A stretch of DNA of 63,744 nucleotides, counting the filler, from Globobulimina sp. (lineage: Eukaryota), in the NCBI GenBank assembly GCA_003354225.1. It is 26 parts of 26 records of this genome, joined end to end, with 100 filler letters (N's around TTAATTAATTAA, not from the genome) between each part and the next. Parts side by side here need not be neighbours in the genome. Positions count along the whole stretch, not along the records: positions 34,390 to 36,744 come from PIVH01007187.1; positions 36,845 to 39,199 come from PIVH01007188.1; positions 39,300 to 41,654 come from PIVH01007189.1; positions 41,755 to 44,109 come from PIVH01007190.1; positions 44,210 to 46,564 come from PIVH01007191.1; positions 46,665 to 49,019 come from PIVH01007192.1; 20 more parts are not named here. One strand, written 5' to 3'. Of the stretch, positions 34,457 through 47,211 are shown one piece after another. The notes under the pieces were generated by a model, which was given only the letters and a program-made list of their open reading frames with translations, had not been told where the DNA came from and did no database searches. The translations under genes and the position numbers were made by a program. Numbering within the stretch: position 1 is the first letter of the stretch; each line of letters begins with the position of its first letter.

Positions 34457-35332
34457 TTAATTTAATTCTTTAAGAATTTTTAATACAGATTCATCATCAT
34501 TTTTTTTTGGATTTAAGTCAGATATTCTTCTCAATGGCCCTTGTGATGATCTTGAACTGGCACCAAATCGCGCGAGATATTTTATCCATTCATTGGGAAT
34601 ACCAACACTATACAAAGTTGTACACATTGACCACATTTTTTTGGCAAAATGATGGCAATTATTGGTCGTCAAATTATATCTGCTGTTCTCACTTTCTGAA
34701 CAACAGCGAATTAAAAATGCCCTTAAATCAGTATTTTTCGATTTTGAGGCGCCTGCACTTTCATAGAATGTTCTCTTGCGAATATCCGAACGAGATCCAT
34801 ATTGTACACCATTCTTCCGTGTTCTTTCAACAATAAATGAAACACTATCTGTAACTGATGCTATTTCCCACCCTTTAGGCTTATTAGCTTCGTCTAAATC
34901 AAATTTAGCCCAAATGATTGAATGTTTACCATCCACCGCAGCCCCTTTATTCTTAAGGGGCCGAGTATACCATTTCATGTTCGACATTTTATAATCTGTT
35001 AACTTTGGATGCCAATACTGAATTTTAACCTCTTCTTCTTCATTTCGTGATATGAAGCAATGCTCACAAAACCCAGCTTTATAATAATAATTTCCTGATT
35101 TTTTCCATTCGTCCCAAGTAATTTTGTTATACAAAGAATTACATTCTTTGCATCTCATATTGACTGTATTGCCTGATCCGCCAACATAACGCTGTTCTTC
35201 ACCACAACATGGTTCGCAATAACCTCGTCTTCTTGTTACTGTGCCTGATATGTTCCATGTGTCACTGTCACATCTATAATAAGTCTTGCTGCATCCTCTA
35301 CACCTAATACCTACTTCACCTGAATTCCCCAT
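34457..35332 (-). CDS. Putative N-myristoylated protein: two Cys4 repeats plus permuted NlpC/P60 (PPPDE/LRAT-like) domain
   Basis: MGNSG; CxxC...G[YF]CxxC twice; KHS...VER...YNLTTNNCHHFA. Confidence 0.7.
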   Translation of the reverse strand: MGNSGEVGIRCRGCSKTYYRCDSDTWNISGTVTRRRGYCEPCCGEEQRYVGGSGNTVNMRCKECNSLYNKITWDEWKKSGNYYYKAGFCEHCFISRNEEEEVKIQYWHPKLTDYKMSNMKWYTRPLKNKGAAVDGKHSIIWAKFDLDEANKPKGWEIASVTDSVSFIVERTRKNGVQYGSRSDIRKRTFYESAGASKSKNTDLRAFLIRCCSESENSRYNLTTNNCHHFAKKMWSMCTTLYSVGIPNEWIKYLARFGASSRSSQGPLRRISDLNPKKNDDESVLKILKELN

Positions 35333-35626
35333 GTTTTTAGAAAATTTTAGTTGAGTGAACAGCGCATTTTTAAAAACACTTTTCTTTTTTACTCTGTATT
35401 GTATATATCCGGTGTAGATTGTATAGCGTATTCTCGCAAATCATTTTAAAATACTTTGCATAAATCAGATACAAAATATCGACCATGGGGTCTTGATAAT
35501 GTTTTCCACTCTCATTGTTCACTTGCTTTTATACTAAATTCTTCCATGCTACAATCACAAACCAAACAGTGAAACCATCGAAACTTTCCACCCACTCATT
35601 ACCGATAACAAATAACATTAATAATA

Positions 35627-36340
35627 ATGGCTAAGGTGGACAACAAAGCATCCAACACCCAAATTATGCAAATGCATAATCTCAAAAAAAAACACGGTGT
35701 GGTGGGTAAAATTGATGAAGTCGATTTAGGATGTACTGATATTATATATTACAATGGCTGTAAGTGTTTAAATGTGGCTGACCCAAATCAGTTGCCCTGT
35801 GTCATCCGACCTAATCCCAACGTATGATATCTGATCACCCATATCCTTGCACAAACACTCAACACAACACAACACATATTCTTATCTAATCTGACATAGG
35901 ATGCATACTTAACGAGTGACCCTGACGTTGATGGCCAAATAATGATAAAATTGCAGTTTCGTGATCCAGTGTCATTGACGAGGATAATATTGAGAGCCAC
36001 CAAAGGGCCCTCGGCCGATGACATAAAAGAAGCATTTGACGATGATGAGGACGATGAGGATCATACGCCAGCGGGGCCCCGTTTAATTAAATTATTTGCA
36101 AATAAGCCAGAATTAGATTTTACTGATGCGGAAGACATGAAACCTGCGCAGCAAATTGCAATTAAACCAAAACAATTAAAAGGCGATAAATTGCAATTAA
36201 AAGCACTTAAATTTCAAAGATGCACATCATTACAAATATTTTTTGTGGATAACCAGAAACAATCAGAATTTACCTTTGTTAATAGGATTGGATTAGTTGG
36301 CCGATTGGCAAAAGGATATCATACTGAATATGGAAAATGA
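35627..36340 (+). CDS. PITH domain protein; intron 35822-35899
   Basis: CLNV, LTSDPDVDGQMMI, GPRLIKLFAN..LDF, KFQRCTSLQIFFVDNQ. Confidence 0.88.
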
Positions 36341-36844
36341 CTTGTTTTTTGCGCATACTTTTTTTTTTCGTCAATGTTTGAAGTGTTTTATTTTCACATT
36401 ATTTCAATTCAATTCAATTTCAATTCAATGCTATAGTGTTACATCAATAATCCATTCAAGATTATGATATTATGAGTTCTGAGGTAGTGGTAGTCGATTT
36501 TAATGGTTACTTGGGAACAAATGTATAGCTGAATGGAACGTATACAATTAATACAAAAAGGGTGGGACAAAGTTATAGCAAACCGTTTCTGTATAAAAAG
36601 TTTAACTGAAGCCAAATTAACGAAATTAATATTGTCAAGAGCTTGAAATTAAATGTCAGTCATTTTTAATATGAAGGAGATTGTTTAATGTTTTTTTCGA
36701 TGAGATTTCTTTGGTTGAATGGCTTGCGCAGAACGTAGGAACACNNNNNNNNNNNNNNNNNNNNNNNNNNNNNNNNNNNNNNNNNNNNTTAATTAATTAA
36801 NNNNNNNNNNNNNNNNNNNNNNNNNNNNNNNNNNNNNNNNNNNN

Positions 36845-37828
36845 AATGCAGGAAATGGGTTTTAAACAGGATGCATTTCAATTTCTTGCATTGTGCAACA
36901 TGTTCATTGATGCATAAAATTATCTCACTTTAAAGTCGTATCATTTGCAGGTGAGGTGTTTGCAAATTTAAATTTCTTTTTTGGCGGCTCACTATTCTCA
37001 ATCATTTGGGTTTGAGTGTAATGTGTTTGTACGGTGTCTTGTGTGCTAATATTATTTATGGCTGTCTGTGGTTGTGTATGTGTATGCGGTGTGTCACCAA
37101 ACACATCCTCCATAAATGCATCATTATTCACATCATCATTATCATCCATTGGGTCGTCCATTGGTGCCGGTTGTACACTGTCTGCGTTATTTACATCAGC
37201 ATCTTCCTCTGAATTATTATCCAAATCATCCATGATATCCTGCATATAATCATCCTCATTTTGCTAGTTATTGTATTTATTCATTTATTTTTGCATTAGG
37301 AATATGAATGAATCCGAGCTTAACTTTTGGAGTTGGCTTATTTTTTGCTTTTTTTCGCTGCGATTTTCGATTCCGATTCACCACATTCCGAGCTTGCGGT
37401 TTTTTAGTTTCTGTTTTAAAAAAGTTATTCATAGTCGCTTGTGTTTTAGATTGAGTTGATTGAGTTTTATTATTTTTAGCGTTATTTCTTCGTTTTCGCG
37501 ATATATTATAAGATTGCGACTGTTGTGACGATTTCTGCCGTGTACGGGACCGGTTGAGGCCGTTATTATTTTTATTTTTATTTCGTGATTGCTTTTGATG
37601 AGCACTGGCTTTGTATCCAACGTCTATTTTAAAAAAAAATGACACAACACTTGCAATATGATGATCATGATACATGCAATGAGAAGTACCTTGATCTTCC
37701 ACTATAAAACTATCCAAATCGTCCTGGTAATTGTCTTCTTCCTCTTCATTATAATAATCAGATTCCTCTGAGGATGATTCCCCTTTTTTAAGCGCCTCAA
37801 GTCTAGAACGCCGTAGACTGCTTGACAT
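36845..37828 (-). CDS. Possible DNA polymerase alpha catalytic subunit N-terminal region; introns 37624-37689 and 37264-37324
   Basis: RRSRLEALKK...DDLDSFIVEDQ/DVGY resembles the Pol-alpha N motif (FIVDDDGxGY); MQDIMDDL; low complexity, so tentative. Confidence 0.4.
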
Positions 37829-38372
37829 GTTCGGTTTGATGTTTTGTTGCAAATAAAAACTGTCTAAAGTTGAAAACTTTCCTAGTTACGCTGCTTAATA
37901 CCATAATAAACGAGACATGATGATGGATTGTGTGATTTAGGGATTGAGGGATTTAGGGATTTATAGGTAAGGGTATACACGTACGAGAGGATGTTGTGGT
38001 TTTTGTTTTGAGTTAAGTTTTTTTTTAGCTTTACATTTAGCTGATTTACATCCGACAAAGCATTGTCTAACAGAACTGTGTAATTGCATTGTAGCAACAG
38101 ATACACACAGTATATAATAATAGACAATGGAAAATATTTTTTGTCGAGAATAATCCAGCAGCAGCTGTAAAAACTGATTTCCGTTAGAACAGGTGGCGTA
38201 AATTAAAACACAACATTTCTTGCTATTTGGTTTACTTTACTCAAACTCAATGTTTTTGAAAGTTTTTGCAAGTATTACACATTTTAATTTATTTAAAATC
38301 ATAAAAAAAGTTACAAATGTCTTTAAAAACAATATATGTCAAAATTTTATAATATCGTCGTTATTTATACAT

Positions 38373-39138
38373 TTACTCTTCCAATTGCCAGGCCCATTTC
38401 TCCTCCACTTGCTCATTATCATTTCCTTTGTCTTGTTCATTCTGACTTTTATCATTATCATTATCCGTCAATTTTTGCATCAAATCAGGAATTCCATCCA
38501 TTAACAACGAAGCGCGCGAAGACATTTCATTTGTTGTTGGTTTATGTTCATCGCCAAATGCAAGAGTCAATAACTCATCGCCTTCTTCATCCTTCTCAAC
38601 CACATTCACATCGGATGCAGTTAACTCATTTGTAAAACTCTTCCAATGTTCAATACTATCTTTATCAACACGCTCAGCCTCAACACCACCAACATACGCA
38701 CCACCATTTGTATTTGCTATCGAATTTATCAGCTTTCCAATTTTCACCGACTTGCCATGGCCGCCATTCCTATTCTCCTCCACCACCACATCCCCACCCA
38801 CACTATGAATATCTTTGTATAAATTAGCAAACCGGCTCGGTTGCTTCGATCCGGATCCATTTGCATCCACTGGCTTTACTGATATATTCTCAATTAAATG
38901 CTTAATCGAATCAGTATTATTCAGCTCATTGCGAGGCTTTGGTTTTTTACTCGATCTTGGAGGCGGAGGCAATATTTGCACTTCAAATGTATCCTCATCA
39001 TCCTCCATATCATCATCACCGTCAATACCACCATCACCGTCAAACACCAATTCATCATCGCGTTCCACACTCATCTCTTCACTGAATATGCTCAGTGGCT
39101 CCCTCCCCGTTATACCATGGCCCCCATTTCCATTCTGA
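38373..39138 (-). CDS. Acidic low-complexity hypothetical protein, 5' partial
   Basis: 233-aa ORF, open upstream to a GC-rich junction. Confidence 0.55.
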
Positions 39139-39938
39139 CCCTGTTTATTTCAGGCCGGCGCCGCGGACCCAGGATGCGCTCTGCTGCGCGCCGGCGGACN
39201 NNNNNNNNNNNNNNNNNNNNNNNNNNNNNNNNNNNNNNNNNNNTTAATTAATTAANNNNNNNNNNNNNNNNNNNNNNNNNNNNNNNNNNNNNNNNNNNNT
39301 GAACCTATTTTAGGAGTTGACCAATGGACGTATTGGATCGCGACAGATGGGTCAACAACGTTGCTTCCTCTATAGCGGCACTTTTTGTGTTTATTATCTC
39401 CAAAATCCAAATATCCATGGCAAACATTTGAGAGAAGAAGAAAAAAAAAGTAAAGTTTTTAGATGCAGACAACAATGATCTATAATCATGAATTGAAATT
39501 GAATAAAACTTTACCACTTGAATTAAGAAAAAACAATTTCATTATGTATCTTTGAAACTTTCTAAACAAGAATAAAATGAATTAATTACTGGGATCCTTC
39601 CAGTTCAAAGGTAAAAGGAAAAATGTTGTTGATGTTTTGCTTAAAAAGTACATCAATAACTTTATGAGAAACGTTCATAAAGTTCAAACACAAAAATTAA
39701 AAAATAAAAAAATTAAATAGAGTGATTTTGATATTGATTGTTGATATTTATAATATATGTTTACAAAAGTCGATTCAATAAAACGAATATTAATCCCGAC
39801 TCACCTCGCTTCGCTCGGACAACACCTCGCTTCGCTCGGTGTTGAAAATAGGAAGAAAAGTTTAGTTTAGTTTAGTTTAATAAAACACTACATTTGGAGA
39901 GCGGCACTGCAGCCAACAAACCAAATATGACACAATTA

Positions 39939-41344
39939 CTATTTTTTTGTTAAGATCGACTCATATTTCCAGTTACAATGATATTGAATCAAAGAAACAT
40001 AATACACAAACAATGACAATATTCCTTGATTTGTTATCCCTAATTTGCCATATATCTTAACCTCATCACCACATTGTATCAAATAATTGGTAGCAAATTC
40101 CTGCTTTAATTTGGGATTTCTTAATTTTGCAACAAAACTCCTCTCTGCAATGCATTGAATCGTTTGTTTTTTATTTATATTCACATCATCCATCAAAGAT
40201 ACTCGATAAAACATTAGTTTTTTCCCAAATTTCCGTTTGTATTCTATCAAACCATGAATATAATAGAATCCATCAATCTCTTTTATGATTCCTTGTGCTC
40301 TCAAATCATCATTGCGATTATTTGTGGATATATCCTGTTGATAATGTTTGAAGGGAATTAAAATATCTTTTTCAATATCTTTAATTTCAATCAGTGGCTC
40401 AAATTTTAAATTCAATGCTTTCAATTCCTCCAAATCATTGCTGGCTTTCTCGAATTGCTTTCTCCGATCATTTTGTTGGTTTTTCATAATCATCAAATGA
40501 TGCTTATTATTTATCTTTGTACATACATGCAAATATAAAAACGTTTGATTACCAGCAAACTCTCCGATTTGTGTTCTTTTAACACACCATTTGAATCTAA
40601 CTAACTTTAATAATGGCACCTTTCTTCTCGGTGTAACACATAAATATTTCCCATACGTATTGTCTAAGAGTCGTGATATTTCACTAAACATTTTCTGTAA
40701 CAATAAATTGGATTCTTTTGAGGGTCTTCGATATTGCAAGGTGTCACTTACGCCTTTTTCAAATATAAAATCAAATGAATTATCTTCAAATACATCGGTC
40801 ATATCGGTGCAATCCGCAACTAACCATTTAATATTTGGATATTTGGCTTTGTGTTTCTGTTTCATTGTATTTATAGCTGTGACAGAAACATCTGTTGCTG
40901 TCAGATTTGCGAATCCGTTTTTATGCAAATGAATGGGAATTTCACTTAAACCATTTCCAAGAATTAATATTTTCACATCGGATTTGTTCATTTTATTTCT
41001 GTTTTCATTGTGATTCATTATCTTTGTAATTTGAGCGAGAATAAAAGGTTTTAATTGAGTCCAATCAGCGAACCTATGCATTATTGACGTACACTTTTAA
41101 TTGTCATCAAATGGATCGACAGAGAAATGAAAGCAAACCATTCTGAAGTTGCACATTCATCACAATGGTAATTATCCCAAAATTCAGTAGCTTTTTGCTT
41201 TGATATCGATTTAGCTGATTTTTTCTTATCTTGTTTCTCATGTTTGGATGTTAAACGGTGGTGAACACGTAAACCAGTCAACGTACACACAAATGTGGTT
41301 ACCATTATTGTCACTAACTGCGACCAAGAAAGACAAGACGACAT
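39939..41344 (-). CDS. Class I methyltransferase (EEF1AKMT4/METTL13-N-like) fused to an anticodon-binding-type OB fold; intron 41074-41138
   Basis: FWDNY..EW/FADW, ILILGNGLS, TDVS.TAI, DCTDM..SFDFIFEKG; C-terminal KRKFGKKLMF...GDEVKIYGKLGITNQGILSL. Confidence 0.8.
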
Positions 41345-43038
41345 TGTTTTGTTACAAATATGAGTGGATATACTGTTGTTTGGTTATTTTGAGTTTTTGT
41401 AATTGTAATGTTTGTATATTGGCTATATTTTACAATGTATCACCTAAAAAATATGAAATTGATTTATAATATTTTTTTTTCTATAATCTATTAATTTATA
41501 CAGTAAATTCTTATTATTTTTTTATTAAAACTAAGTCAAACATATATTCCAATGAATTAAATATTTTAGTTTACAAACACAACGTGATATGTTTGATCCG
41601 CTGCTTTTAACATACATTTCCTTAACATTCAACTAATTCTACTATTTCGCAACANNNNNNNNNNNNNNNNNNNNNNNNNNNNNNNNNNNNNNNNNNNNTT
41701 AATTAATTAANNNNNNNNNNNNNNNNNNNNNNNNNNNNNNNNNNNNNNNNNNNNCTGAGCAATATAAAGTGTCTGTGATGATTGGGGTGATATTATGTGG
41801 TATGTCTTTGTTGTGTGTTTTTTTGAATGATGAATAAATTTATACCGATATCTGAAACAATATGAATGAACAAATTAACCGCGCTTAAACTGAACAACCC
41901 ATTTTTTACCATTTTGTTTTTGTTATCTGATTTTTTGAAATGTTTTTATCGGAATTTCTTTTTAAAATAAACAGTGTTTATAATATGGTATGTTGTATAA
42001 TATGTTAATTATTTATTTGAGTGCATTTGGAATGATGAGAGATCATTGAATCAGCTACTTACGACACACTGCAATGTGGATGATAGCACCCCGATGAGTT
42101 CTGATAGGAATTCATTAATACATTTTAATTTTCTATTCATTCTTTTATAAATTTTATGATGTTATTATAAACTATACAGAATATTGGATGGTAATACATT
42201 ATTATCCAAAGCATGCCAATGTGGTATGTTTATATTGCAAAATGTCGCTTTTTCTTTTTGATGATATTATATCGAGTCGTATATCCTGATTATTGTGATT
42301 ATAATATACTAATTCTGATAAACTTAAAAAAACTACAATACGTATCTCTTTTTCTTTGTTTATACAAAATATAATTGACGTATTGCTACAAAATATACAG
42401 CAGTTATAATTATATATGGTTTCGAGTCGAGATGAACTGCTCCAATCTAATAATGTATGGCTATGTGTTTGTTTTGTATTTTTGTTTTGTGTTTAATTAT
42501 ATTTATTACCAATATCATTATGTGCAAATAATGCTAAATCTGCACTCTCTCTGAGTCAGATGATACGATCGGATCTGTTGTAAGGTCAATACTACATTTA
42601 TCACTGCATTTTCTCTGCACTGATTACATGCCGCACAATAAACAAATCCATAAGAATCGAAGTAAATCCATAGCAAATCCATTATATGCGCAGAAACAGT
42701 AAATGTATACTCAGAAACGGTATTTGTTTTAGGTTTGTTTTCATTAATTATCAATCCCTCACAAATCTGTTCATCGGTGCTAAGAGTGGATCTGCCTTCA
42801 GTCGAACAAAATAAATTACAGTCAAAACCACCCGATGGAGGCACACTGCAATCAATAACATCACAGTGAGTAATTAGTGGGAATATTACTGGAAATGATG
42901 ACCAGATTTAATTCTTCAAAAAGTTTTTGATGTTTAACTACAATTTGAAATATCCAATTTGGTGTTGGATATAGTTTAGGTGCAGATTATTTCGGTGCAG
43001 TGGCTGTTCTCTGACAAAAGCTGACAATAAAACTAATA

Positions 43039-43884
43039 TCATCTAAAAGAAGTTGTGCTCAGCGAACCGTATTTGACTCTCTTTCTGTTTCTAGCTCTTA
43101 ATCGATCATTTCCTCTCTCATACATTGTTAAATTATTTCTTACATTAATATCCAAATTGTTTCTCAATGCATCAATATCTGATGGATAACCAATTGTCAT
43201 TGAACCACCACATTTAATTTTAATATCACCACTTTGAACTTTTGTGTATCCACGAATTACCAAATCGTTTTTAATATTCATATAAATATTTCCATACAAA
43301 GTGGATCGATTATAATTATTGATTTGTTTGCCAATATTTTTAAAATTTATTGCAGAATTATCCAATGATTCACATGTCCTAATACCAGAATATCCGTTCA
43401 ATGTTAAATTGTTACATTTAATATAAATATTACCGCCGCTGCCAGTCGTGATACTTGAATATCTTTCGATGTTTATGTTACCTCCGACAGTTAAAACAAT
43501 GCTGCCATCTGTTTCACATTCAATGCGAGATCGACCATAAATAATAAGATCATCCAAAATGGTCAATTTTAAAATGGAAGAAGATACTCTTAATTGTCCT
43601 AAATCTAATCGCTTAAATATATGTTCGTTTGAATCATTTATTACCAAATTACTCACTCCATTTTCATTCGAAGGTGATTCGAGTGTTCCTGTATCGTAAA
43701 AACTGCAGCATAATTTTAGAATTTCTTGTGGGATTTGATCGTGTTTATGTTTTGTGTTTCTGTAATATCCTGAAATAATGGAATGTAATTTAGCTGGATT
43801 CATCAACAAATGTGATGTAGAAAACATAGATTCTGCATTTGTGGTTGATTCATCATCAAAAGAAAATGAGCTGCACGCTCCCAT
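43039..43884 (-). CDS. Hypothetical protein (MG start, F-box-like IISGYYR..IPQEILKLC motif, beta-helix-like repeats)
   Basis: 281-aa ORF with repeated GxIxI strands. Confidence 0.6.
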   Translation of the reverse strand: MGACSSFSFDDESTTNAESMFSTSHLLMNPAKLHSIISGYYRNTKHKHDQIPQEILKLCCSFYDTGTLESPSNENGVSNLVINDSNEHIFKRLDLGQLRVSSSILKLTILDDLIIYGRSRIECETDGSIVLTVGGNINIERYSSITTGSGGNIYIKCNNLTLNGYSGIRTCESLDNSAINFKNIGKQINNYNRSTLYGNIYMNIKNDLVIRGYTKVQSGDIKIKCGGSMTIGYPSDIDALRNNLDINVRNNLTMYERGNDRLRARNRKRVKYGSLSTTSFR

Positions 43885-44209
43885 TATTTACAATAATAAA
43901 AAAACATGTTCCGAAAAAACACGAATGCTACAAAAAGACTACATTTTTTCAAACAGTTTACATTAATTCAATTGAAGAGCCTTTGTAACGAATACTGACT
44001 GCTGCTCTGTATTTGCTTTTTTTTATATTAAATGCCTTTCCATAATCTTTATTATTGATATTAAATGATAATAATAACGCATCCAAATCAATATTCATTG
44101 TAATAATATNNNNNNNNNNNNNNNNNNNNNNNNNNNNNNNNNNNNNNNNNNNNTTAATTAATTAANNNNNNNNNNNNNNNNNNNNNNNNNNNNNNNNNNN
44201 NNNNNNNNN

Positions 44210-46388
44210 AAAAACAAAAACAAGAATAAAAAGAAAAATAAGAAAAAGAAAAAGAAATTGGAGGATTATTTTTCCAATCAACCGCTGAAAAAAAGACGGC
44301 GATTAAATAACGGCCACGCAAAGAAAAAGAAAAAGAAAAAAAAAGAAAAAGGCGGCAATGACATATACGAGGCATGTTTCTCTATATTTTTTCGATCTCA
44401 GATTTGCTTTTTTCTGACATTTATTTTTTTCGATTCTCAAAGCGATGGTTGGCTAAAAATCAGGGCAAATCTTCCAGAAAACCGTGGGTCGACGTAAAAC
44501 AACGCACATTGATCGTGGGCCCCTTAGCCATCCTCGACCAATGGAAGGAGGAGATCGATGATCGCGCACCAAACCAATTCAAAGCGTGCGTGTACTACGG
44601 CGCAAACCGCAGAAAAAAGTTCGACAAATACAAACTGCGCAAGTTCGACGTAGTCATCACCACCTTCGGCCATGTCACGAGCGAATATTGCAAAGGCAAC
44701 GAAGAGAAACAAAGTGGTTTATTCGCGCTCCCCGAGGGTTTCTTCCATCGCGTAGTGTTGGACGAAGCGCATACGATTAAAAACCCGGCGTCGCAACAAA
44801 GCAAAGCCTGTGCTTACATCGCGAACCGCGGCGTGAAAGTCCGTTGGTGTTTGACGGGCACACCGATCCAAAACAAATTATTAGACCTATTCCCATTGTG
44901 CCGCTTCTTGCAGATCAAGCAATGCGGCACGGCCAAGGACTTCAAGTCCTTTTTGAAGCTCAACAATAACAGCAAGAGCACGGTGAGCGGCCGGAGCAAG
45001 CAGTTAGTGACTAGTTTCTTGGCGGCGCACATGTTACGGCGCCTCAAGTCGGAGGTTGTGGACGATTTGGTGTCGAAGACGGAGGAGGTGATCGAATTGG
45101 AGTTTGACGAGGCGGAGGACCACGTTTATAAAGCCTTTCAGAACCAGGCTCTGTCGCGGTTTAATAAGTATGTGCAGGCCGGCACTGCCAAGAAGAACTA
45201 CGCGCATATTCTGGTGCTGTTGCTGCGGCTGCGGCAGATTTGCGACCATCCGTACTTAGCGATGAAACCTCAGGATGGGCAGTCGGAGGCGGTTGGCGGT
45301 GATGAGAGTGACGGGATGGACGTGGATGGCGATGGAGATGGCAATGTTGGGGTTGGTGGTGATGATGGCGGGGATCCGTTGAGTAAGATCGATGCGACGG
45401 TGGTTCGGCGGTTGAATGAGAGGGAGAGTATATTGGACGCGGAGTGTCCTATTTGTTTGGATATATTTAACGACGGAGTGATGTTTCCAAATTGTGGCCA
45501 TTTGGTCTGTAAGGAGCATTTGTATGATTTGGACGAGAAATGTCCGGAATGCCGAGGCGTTTTTAGGGTGAATGGGGTGGTTCCATTTGCGGTGATTATC
45601 AAATCGGCGTTGATTGATGAAAAACATAAGAAGTCGTTTTTGGCGAATGATGGCAGAGATGGCCTAATTATGGATGGAAACATTGTGGCTGAAAAGATGG
45701 GGAATGTGTCGCCGGAGAAACACAAACGAGCCAACCGACGCGTTGTATGGCGGAAAATAAGTGCGGCGAAAGGGAAGTATCGGTCAAAGGAGCAGATTGA
45801 TCGACAGTTATTGGAAGAAAAGGAGGAGAAGAAAGAGGATGACAATGATATGAAGGATAAATTGAAACAAATGCAAGCTAAATTCGAGTGGAGTACGTAT
45901 GAATGCGATGAGAAATTTACTGCGGAATTTGACGATGATGACGAAGAGGGATATAAGTCGGATGATAAATATCCAAATCGAGAGTCGGGATGGCCGTTTA
46001 TTCCATCCTCCAAAACCAAAATGATGATAGAAAAGATCCAGGCCATTCGCAGGGACACTCCCGATGACAAAATTATTGTTTTCAGTCAGTTTACGACTAT
46101 GTTGAGTGTGTTGGAGCGAGTGTTGCGTAAATATGATATTAATTATTTGATGTATGATGAGTCCAAGACGCGGCAGCAAAGGAAGGACATTATCGATGAT
46201 TTTAAAAATGATTCGTTTAATGATATTCCAGTGATGTTAAAGAGTCTGAAATGTGCAGCTTTGGGCTTGAATTTAACCGTTGCGAATCATGTCATGTTTT
46301 GCGATTTGTGGTGGAATCCGGCCATTGAGTCGCAAGCAATTGATTGGGTGCATAGAATCGGACAAAAGAAACATGTGTTTATTACACG
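44210..46388 (+). CDS. SNF2-family RING helicase (Rad5/Uls1/TTF2-like), partial; GC-AG intron 44372-44442
   Basis: TLIVGP, VVLDEAHTIKN, WCLTGTPIQN, LRLRQICDHP, RING CPIC..CGH..CPEC, IVFSQF, GLNLT, WWNP, HRIGQ. Confidence 0.92.
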
Positions 46389-47211
46389 GCATATAAATCT
46401 CATTAAATTACACGACAAATGGATTGTTTTAAAATTGGATTTAATAAGATTTTTTTTGCTTGATATAAATAATCCATCTCAACGCCAGCAAATAATGCTT
46501 GATTTTCCAGGTAAATTTCGATTAAATGATTTGGTGATAAATGAATAATTAACGAGGACAACATNNNNNNNNNNNNNNNNNNNNNNNNNNNNNNNNNNNN
46601 NNNNNNNNTTAATTAATTAANNNNNNNNNNNNNNNNNNNNNNNNNNNNNNNNNNNNNNNNNNNNTGCTATTCATCATTTGTTTTTTATTAGTGAATAATG
46701 CAGCATTACAATGCTTAAATGAAAACGGACACGATGTTGATTGGTGGTTTATTTACAAGATTAATAATGGATTATCTTATACAACTTCTCAATCTCAACT
46801 TCTCAACTTCTCAATGGCACCTTGCCAATAATTCTTGACTACTTCGAAGCTGATCCATTACATAACGACAGTACCTTTAACTGTTTATAGCCTCCATCGC
46901 GAGCACAGTCAATTACACGTCGTTATATTAGCTTTTTTATTCAATTAAACAGGCAATTAAGTCACAAGACACAACCTGGCCGATTCATTTTTCATCACAC
47001 AAGCAGAATACGAAGAGATCCAACACAACGAAGCAGTTCGAACAATTACAAATCACACACCTATTTATCAACAAATTTCAAGAGAAATTACTGCATTCGT
47101 TACATTCAACGAAGTAACAAATAAAGATATCGATCATTCGATTAGTATTTATAACGAAACGAGAAGAAATCTCATCGCTGAGAATAATTTGAGAGCATTT
47201 GAGTCTGAACA

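Noticed and set aside
33644-35852. ATATCCTT as U12-type 5' splice sites
   Set aside because: They lie inside introns whose GT-AG boundaries already restore conserved protein; no AT-AC pairing is needed.
39139-39199. Very GC-rich 60-bp tail
   Set aside because: At the contig end and too short to identify; probably foreign chimeric sequence.
41755-43030. Possible multi-exon ankyrin-like gene (DGNTLLSKACQCG near 42180-42222)
   Set aside because: Could not assemble a consistent exon chain by eye.
46330-46564. SNF2 motif VI R-to-W change (QAIDWVHRIGQ) and novel C-terminus
   Set aside because: A single C-to-T change, then abrupt loss of homology and GC after 46388 near the contig end; likely error or chimera.
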